Source: a virus (taxonomy: Duplodnaviria > Caudoviricetes). From it: a DNA stretch of 64,000 bases. The position numbers and the translations under genes were made by a program. Positions within the stretch are counted from its first letter, which is position 1. Each line of letters opens with the position of its first letter. Shown here piece after piece: positions 59,880 through 64,000 of this stretch. The notes beneath the pieces were generated by a model that was not told the origin of the DNA, ran no database searches, and worked only from the letters and a program-made list of their open reading frames with translations. The stretch is from the IMG/VR virus record IMGVR_UViG_3300032218_003059, positions 22,242 through 86,241 of that record; one strand, given 5' to 3'.

Positions 59880-59890
59880 AACTAAATATA

Positions 59891-59914
59891 GGTGAGGGGC
59901 TTAGGCTCCTCACC
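59891..59914 (+). other. 10-bp hairpin just upstream of tRNA-Asp
   Basis: GGTGAGGGGC-TTAG-GCTCCTCACC. Confidence 0.7.
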
Positions 59915-59919
59915 TTACT

Positions 59920-59993
59920 GGTCTGTTAGCTCAGTTGGTTAGAGCGCTACCCTGTCACGGTAGAGGTCGTGAGTTCAAGTCTCATACAGATCG
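59920..59993 (+). tRNA. tRNA-Asp(GTC)
   Basis: GGTCTGT/ACAGATC acceptor; CTACC-CTGTCAC-GGTAG. Confidence 0.9.
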
Positions 59994-59997
59994 CTTA

Positions 59998-60068
59998 GCG
60001 GATGTTGCATATTGGTAGTGCCTCTGCCTTCCAAGCAGAAGGGGTCAGTTCGATTCTGATCATCCGCT
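59998..60068 (+). tRNA. tRNA-Gly(TCC)
   Basis: GCGGATG/CATCCGC acceptor; TCTGC-CTTCCAA-GCAGA. Confidence 0.9.
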
Positions 60069-60105
60069 CTAAAAATATAAATTTTAATAATATATATTGG
60101 ATTAA

Positions 60106-60134
60106 TTGACATTGTTTTAATCTTATTGTATAGT
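60106..60134 (+). promoter_or_regulatory. Promoter for the HNH gene
   Basis: TTGACA-N17-TATAGT. Confidence 0.6.
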
Positions 60135-60141
60135 TTGTATT

Positions 60142-60459
60142 ATGGCATACAAAGAATATAATAAATCAATGAATATCTATATGAAAGAGCGTTGGTTAAA
60201 AAGAAAACAAAAAGCAATAGATTATTTGGGCGGGAAATGTATAAGATGTAGTTCTAAAGATTTTTTAGAGTTTGATCATATAGACCCATCAAGTAAAATA
60301 ATGACAATTGCTAGAGCATCCAGTAGAAACGAAGAGTTTTTTTGGAGAGAAGTAAATAAATGCCAACTACTTTGTGTTCCCTGTCATTTAGAAAAAAGTG
60401 CAGAAGATATAAGAAATGGAGTTAGTACAAAGTACAAGAATAAATTTAAGTCTCTATAG
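60142..60459 (+). CDS. Free-standing HNH endonuclease within the tRNA cluster
   Basis: CIRC..LEFDHID..CQLLCVPCH. Confidence 0.88.
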   Translation: MAYKEYNKSMNIYMKERWLKRKQKAIDYLGGKCIRCSSKDFLEFDHIDPSSKIMTIARASSRNEEFFWREVNKCQLLCVPCHLEKSAEDIRNGVSTKYKNKFKSL

Positions 60460-60522
60460 CTCAGCTGGTAGAGCAATCGCCTTTTAAGCGATGGGTCGCA
60501 GGATCGAGACCTGCTGGGGACA
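60450..60522 (+). tRNA. tRNA-Lys(TTT)
   Basis: GTCTCTA/TGGGGAC acceptor; ATCGC-CTTTTAA-GCGAT; atypical T-loop ATCGAGA. Confidence 0.85.
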
Positions 60523-60547
60523 CTTAGTAGAAATGGTACAATTAATT

Positions 60548-61606
60548 ATGGATAAAATATTTGTTGCAATTGGAAGTTATGATGATAAACATATCGTTCA
60601 AACAGTCCTAAGCGCACTGCACAATGCAAAAAATTCAGACAGAATTGTATTCGGAATACATAACATAAGGCCAGATGGTATAGAATTTAATTTTGCCCCC
60701 TTTGAAAATAATGTTAGATTTTTAAATTTGCCTTACTCGACACCATTGGGCACTGGATATGCCAGACTTTCAGCATCTCTTTTATGTCCCATAGACTGTA
60801 ATTATATTCTACAGATAGACGCACACATGGTATTTGAAAAAAATTGGGATGAGGATATATTATTTAGATATAAAGAAATTAAAAAAGATTGTGAAAAATT
60901 TATTATAACTAAATATTTAATGCAGTGGAACGAAATAGACGGTACTGTTCAAATTTTAAAAAACGGTGCTCATGAAATTTGTGATCCTTATAATATGCAT
61001 AGAACTCCACCAGAAAATAATTTTCCAGGTAGCTTAAAGTACGATGGAATACCAAGATCAATAGAATGCATGTACCCATCAATGATAGGATATGTAGATA
61101 AATGGGCAGAAGGCGAGACTCATAAAGAGCAGGTAGGGGTTTCAGGTCACCTAATGTTTGCAGAGTCCTATGTAATTAAAGAATTGCTTTATGATCCTCT
61201 AATACCATGGGCTTCGGATGAGACTGTATATTCATTGAGAGCTTATACTAGGGGTTATAAAATTTTTAGTATAAGAGAAAATATAGCGTGGCATTTAGAT
61301 AAAGTAATAAACTCTGAGCCTGCATCTAAGATAGATTTTAATGCATACGAGGAACCACATTTAAAAAAAGTTTCTGAAGAATATATGCAGTCTCATTACT
61401 ATGGATTTAAAAGAATAAAAGATTTAATGCTAGGCAATGAATATGGGTTTTGGGGTGCTCCAAACGAGGAACTTCTACTTAAATATCATCAATTTGCAAA
61501 ATTTGATTTCCATGAGTTTTATCGTCAAATGGCGGAGGAGCTGTATAAAACTGATCGACCAGCTTTTGACATAATCTATGATAAAATAGACTCATGGAAG
61601 AATTAA
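60548..61606 (+). CDS. Second GT60/Gnt1-like glycosyltransferase
   Basis: IFVAIGSYDD, YILQIDAHMVFEKNWD, SLRAYTRGY; ATG at 60548 (the track start lies inside tRNA-Lys). Confidence 0.8.
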   Translation: MDKIFVAIGSYDDKHIVQTVLSALHNAKNSDRIVFGIHNIRPDGIEFNFAPFENNVRFLNLPYSTPLGTGYARLSASLLCPIDCNYILQIDAHMVFEKNWDEDILFRYKEIKKDCEKFIITKYLMQWNEIDGTVQILKNGAHEICDPYNMHRTPPENNFPGSLKYDGIPRSIECMYPSMIGYVDKWAEGETHKEQVGVSGHLMFAESYVIKELLYDPLIPWASDETVYSLRAYTRGYKIFSIRENIAWHLDKVINSEPASKIDFNAYEEPHLKKVSEEYMQSHYYGFKRIKDLMLGNEYGFWGAPNEELLLKYHQFAKFDFHEFYRQMAEELYKTDRPAFDIIYDKIDSWKN

Positions 61607-62043
61607 TAGTAAGGCTGCGAGAGTGGCAGGCCAACTCATTTGTGCTATATACAACAGCACACGGATTTCATTGGAATGTAGAGGGTGCTTTATTTACTCA
61701 GTACCACGCATTTTTTGAAGAAATTTATACAGATGTTTATGGCACAATTGATACCATCGCAGAGTGGCAAAGAAAGTTTCAGTCACCAGCACCATTTACT
61801 CTTCAAGAAATGTCAGATTTAAATACTTATGGAGATGTGACAGCTGGATCTAACTCTCCTTTAATAATGTCACAGGTTCTTTTAAACATGATTGAAAAAA
61901 TGATTGAAGATGTAAAAAATTTATTTGATGTTGCCACCTCTTCAAGAGAACAAGGCCTTGCAAACTTCTGTGCGGACAGACAGGATAAACTTCAATTTTG
62001 GTCATGGTGGCTAAGATCCTCATTGAAATCAACTATTAGCTAA
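61594..62043 (+). CDS. dps: Dps/ferritin-like protein
   Basis: AHGFHWNVEG..YHAFFEEIY..DTIAE ferroxidase motif. Confidence 0.85.
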   Translation: MEELIVRLREWQANSFVLYTTAHGFHWNVEGALFTQYHAFFEEIYTDVYGTIDTIAEWQRKFQSPAPFTLQEMSDLNTYGDVTAGSNSPLIMSQVLLNMIEKMIEDVKNLFDVATSSREQGLANFCADRQDKLQFWSWWLRSSLKSTIS

Positions 62044-62717
62044 TGAAAAAAACAGTTGTTATAACTGGAGCAGCATTTGGAGTTGGTAATGCAACTACAA
62101 AAATTTTAGCTGCAAACGGGTTTCATGTTATTGCTACATCTAGAAACATTGATGAGCTAAACAAAATAAAGAGTGATAATATAGATGTTTACCAGCTAGA
62201 TGTCACAGATGAATTAGCTGCAAAAGAATTTGCAGACACACTAAGCGATAAAAATGTTGTTGCATTAATTAATAATGCTGGTGGAGGATTTAACCTTCCA
62301 GGAAATATTTTAAATGATGATATGGAAGACTGGCGTAAATCTTATGAGGTTAATGTAATTGGAGTTGTTAGTTTAACTAAGCTTATCGCTCCTCATATGA
62401 TAAAAAATGGCGGAGGAAATGTTGTAATAATAAGCTCAATGGCTGGGCATTTTACATATAAGGGTGGAAGTAATTATACTGTAGCAAAGCATGCAACCGT
62501 TGCTTTAGCAGATCTATTAAGATTTGAGTTTTTTGATAAAAACATTAGAGTTACAGAAATAGCACCAGGTAATATAAATAGCAGAGGTGATCGTGATCCA
62601 AATACGTGCCTTAATCCAGAAGATGTTGCAGATGCAATTAGATGGGCTATAACAGTACCTTCACACGTTAATGTAGAAAAATTAACTATTATGCACGTAA
62701 ATAATCTAAGTAGATAA
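62043..62717 (+). CDS. Short-chain dehydrogenase/reductase (YdfG-like)
   Basis: ITGAAFGVG, LINNAG, SS, YTVAK. Confidence 0.88.
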   Translation: MKKTVVITGAAFGVGNATTKILAANGFHVIATSRNIDELNKIKSDNIDVYQLDVTDELAAKEFADTLSDKNVVALINNAGGGFNLPGNILNDDMEDWRKSYEVNVIGVVSLTKLIAPHMIKNGGGNVVIISSMAGHFTYKGGSNYTVAKHATVALADLLRFEFFDKNIRVTEIAPGNINSRGDRDPNTCLNPEDVADAIRWAITVPSHVNVEKLTIMHVNNLSR

Positions 62718-62730
62718 AAGGAGAAATAAA

Positions 62731-63255
62731 ATGTCAGAAGAAACAAGACACCCAAATGCAGTAAAGGTTTTAGCGGCAGCAAAAAAATACGCTGATGAAA
62801 AATATGCAGAGGGCCCAAATAACGATACAATTTTTGGTAAGCGTTATGGAATGAATAATCAACCTTGGTGTGCAATGTTTGTATCAGGTTGTTTTGATGA
62901 TGCAGGATTAGTTCACCTAGTTGCTGCTTCAACAAAAAAGGGCTTTGCGTCATGTGATGCAGGAGCACAATGGTTTGCTAAGAACAAAAGAATTGTTCCA
63001 ATTGGTCAAGCACAGCCAGGAGACGTAGTATTCTTTAATTTTGATGCGGACCCAACAACAACCGAACACGTTGGAATTGTTTACGTAAATGATGGAAAGA
63101 ACCTAATCACTTTTGAAGGAAATACTAGCGGTGATGCAAAAGGATCTCAAGCAAATGGAGACGGTGTTTTTAAAAAGAAGAGAGCTTACAGTCTTGTAAT
63201 GGCAGTTGCACGTCCAGATTGGGATGCACCAGCACCAGCAAAGAAGGCTAAGTAA
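62731..63255 (+). CDS. CHAP-domain amidase/endopeptidase (endolysin-like)
   Basis: QPWCAMFVS, GDVVFF, HVGIV, EGNT. Confidence 0.85.
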   Translation: MSEETRHPNAVKVLAAAKKYADEKYAEGPNNDTIFGKRYGMNNQPWCAMFVSGCFDDAGLVHLVAASTKKGFASCDAGAQWFAKNKRIVPIGQAQPGDVVFFNFDADPTTTEHVGIVYVNDGKNLITFEGNTSGDAKGSQANGDGVFKKKRAYSLVMAVARPDWDAPAPAKKAK

Positions 63256-63257
63256 TT

Positions 63258-63782
63258 ATGAAAAAGCTGGGACTAGCAATAATTGGATTATCAATAATCC
63301 TATTAACATTTCAAGCAAGTGCAGCAACACCAGATTGGGTAGTTCAGAATAAAAAAGTTACTCCTGGAGCTATTAATAAAGATGTTACACAGGCAAACAT
63401 TGCTACAACTGTTTGTAAAGTCGGATGGACAAAAACAATTCGTCCAACTGTTACTTATACAAACAAGTTAAAGGATACTCAGCTAGCAACAACATATAAA
63501 TCATATGTTGCAATTTGGGGCTCAAAGCCATCTGCATATGAAGAGGATCATTTAATTTCTCTTCAGCTTGGCGGACATCCATCAGACCCTAAAAATCTAT
63601 GGCCAGAGCCATATGCAGGAATTGGTGCAAGAAAGAAAGATGTTACTGAGACCGCATTAAAGCGTTTGGTATGTGATGGAACAATGAAATTAGTTGATGC
63701 TCAAAAAGCAATTCTAGATTGGCCATCAGCATATAAAAAATATGTAAAGCCAACTGATAAACCAGACACTTCCGATAACTGA
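63258..63782 (+). CDS. Secreted HNH-like protein
   Basis: Sec-type signal peptide ending ASA; TPGA, YEEDHLISLQLGG..NLWPE. Confidence 0.65.
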   Translation: MKKLGLAIIGLSIILLTFQASAATPDWVVQNKKVTPGAINKDVTQANIATTVCKVGWTKTIRPTVTYTNKLKDTQLATTYKSYVAIWGSKPSAYEEDHLISLQLGGHPSDPKNLWPEPYAGIGARKKDVTETALKRLVCDGTMKLVDAQKAILDWPSAYKKYVKPTDKPDTSDN

Positions 63783-63789
63783 AGTTAAA

Positions 63790-63848
63790 TGATATAATAT
63801 ATTAGTACCTGCCAATAGGGGGTACTAATTTAACTCGCTTAAAAGGAG
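63790..63848 (+). promoter_or_regulatory. Extended -10 promoter, 5' hairpin and ROSE-like anti-SD element upstream of hsp20
   Basis: TGATATAAT (63790-63798); ATTAGTACC..GGTACTAAT hairpin; CTCGCT-TAAA-AGGAG. Confidence 0.6.
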
Positions 63849-63854
63849 CACAAA

Positions 63855-64000
63855 ATGGTAACACAATTCGCCATGGATCTTTTCAAGGATCCATTTTTTA
63901 TTGGTTTCAACCGAGAGTTGGAACGTTTTAACAGTCTAAGTAAGGTAAATAATACAGCATTTCCGCCATATGATTTACTGAAGTTAGATGATGACAACTA
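63855..64000 (+). CDS. Hsp20/IbpA small heat-shock protein, N-terminal part (runs off the right edge)
   Basis: MVTQFAMDLFKDPFFIGFNRELERF..FPPYDLLKLDDDN. Confidence 0.85.
   Translation, partial: MVTQFAMDLFKDPFFIGFNRELERFNSLSKVNNTAFPPYDLLKLDDDN

Noticed and set aside
60491-60547. ORF-track start of the second GT60-like gene
   Set aside because: Lies inside tRNA-Lys; the family motif begins at Met 60548
1878-62968. All minus-strand ORFs and short alternative-frame ORFs in the track
   Set aside because: Almost entirely overlap well-supported + strand genes, lack recognisable motifs, and the whole window is co-oriented
1-64000. Stop-codon reassignment (alternative genetic code)
   Set aside because: Core genes (DnaE, TerL, TMP, MCP) are full length in the standard code, and TAA, TAG and TGA all end genes
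1-64000. Prophage boundary, integrase or host chromosomal DNA
   Set aside because: No integrase or att-like repeat seen; host-like genes (ahpC, ahpD, dps, recA, dnaE) are embedded in phage operons with uniform composition

Overview
This window is a 64-kb segment of a large, AT-rich (roughly one-third GC by eye) tailed dsDNA phage with siphovirus morphology genes. All credible genes are on the + strand. Gene content and order suggest a phage of freshwater Actinobacteria, resembling large Streptomyces BE/BK-type siphoviruses: DnaE polymerase, terminase far from the portal, mycobacterial-type AhpC/AhpD. The host assignment is inference. In order, the window holds: a 2OG-Fe(II) oxygenase/DUF6065 cluster (1-4.3 kb); head genes; tail genes, including a -1 frameshifted chaperone and a 2522-aa tape measure protein; a receptor-binding-like protein with a Thr-repeat and C-terminal Hint domain, followed by three oxygenases and a GT60/Gnt1-like GlcNAc transferase; replication and recombination genes (DnaB, DnaG, SSB, DnaE, RecA, Cas4-like, RuvC-like); terminase; six tRNAs with an HNH gene among them; oxidative-stress genes (AhpC, AhpD, Dps); a CHAP amidase, a secreted HNH-like protein and the start of an Hsp20 gene. 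The two strongest candidates for an undescribed system are (1) an R-S-E ADP-ribosyltransferase domain embedded in the tape measure protein between repeated xAxGG motif cassettes, and (2) a putative virion hydroxylation/mucin-type O-glycosylation locus (Thr-repeat + Hint + prolyl-hydroxylase-like enzymes + GT60-like transferase). Family assignments come from motif recognition by eye; no searches were run.
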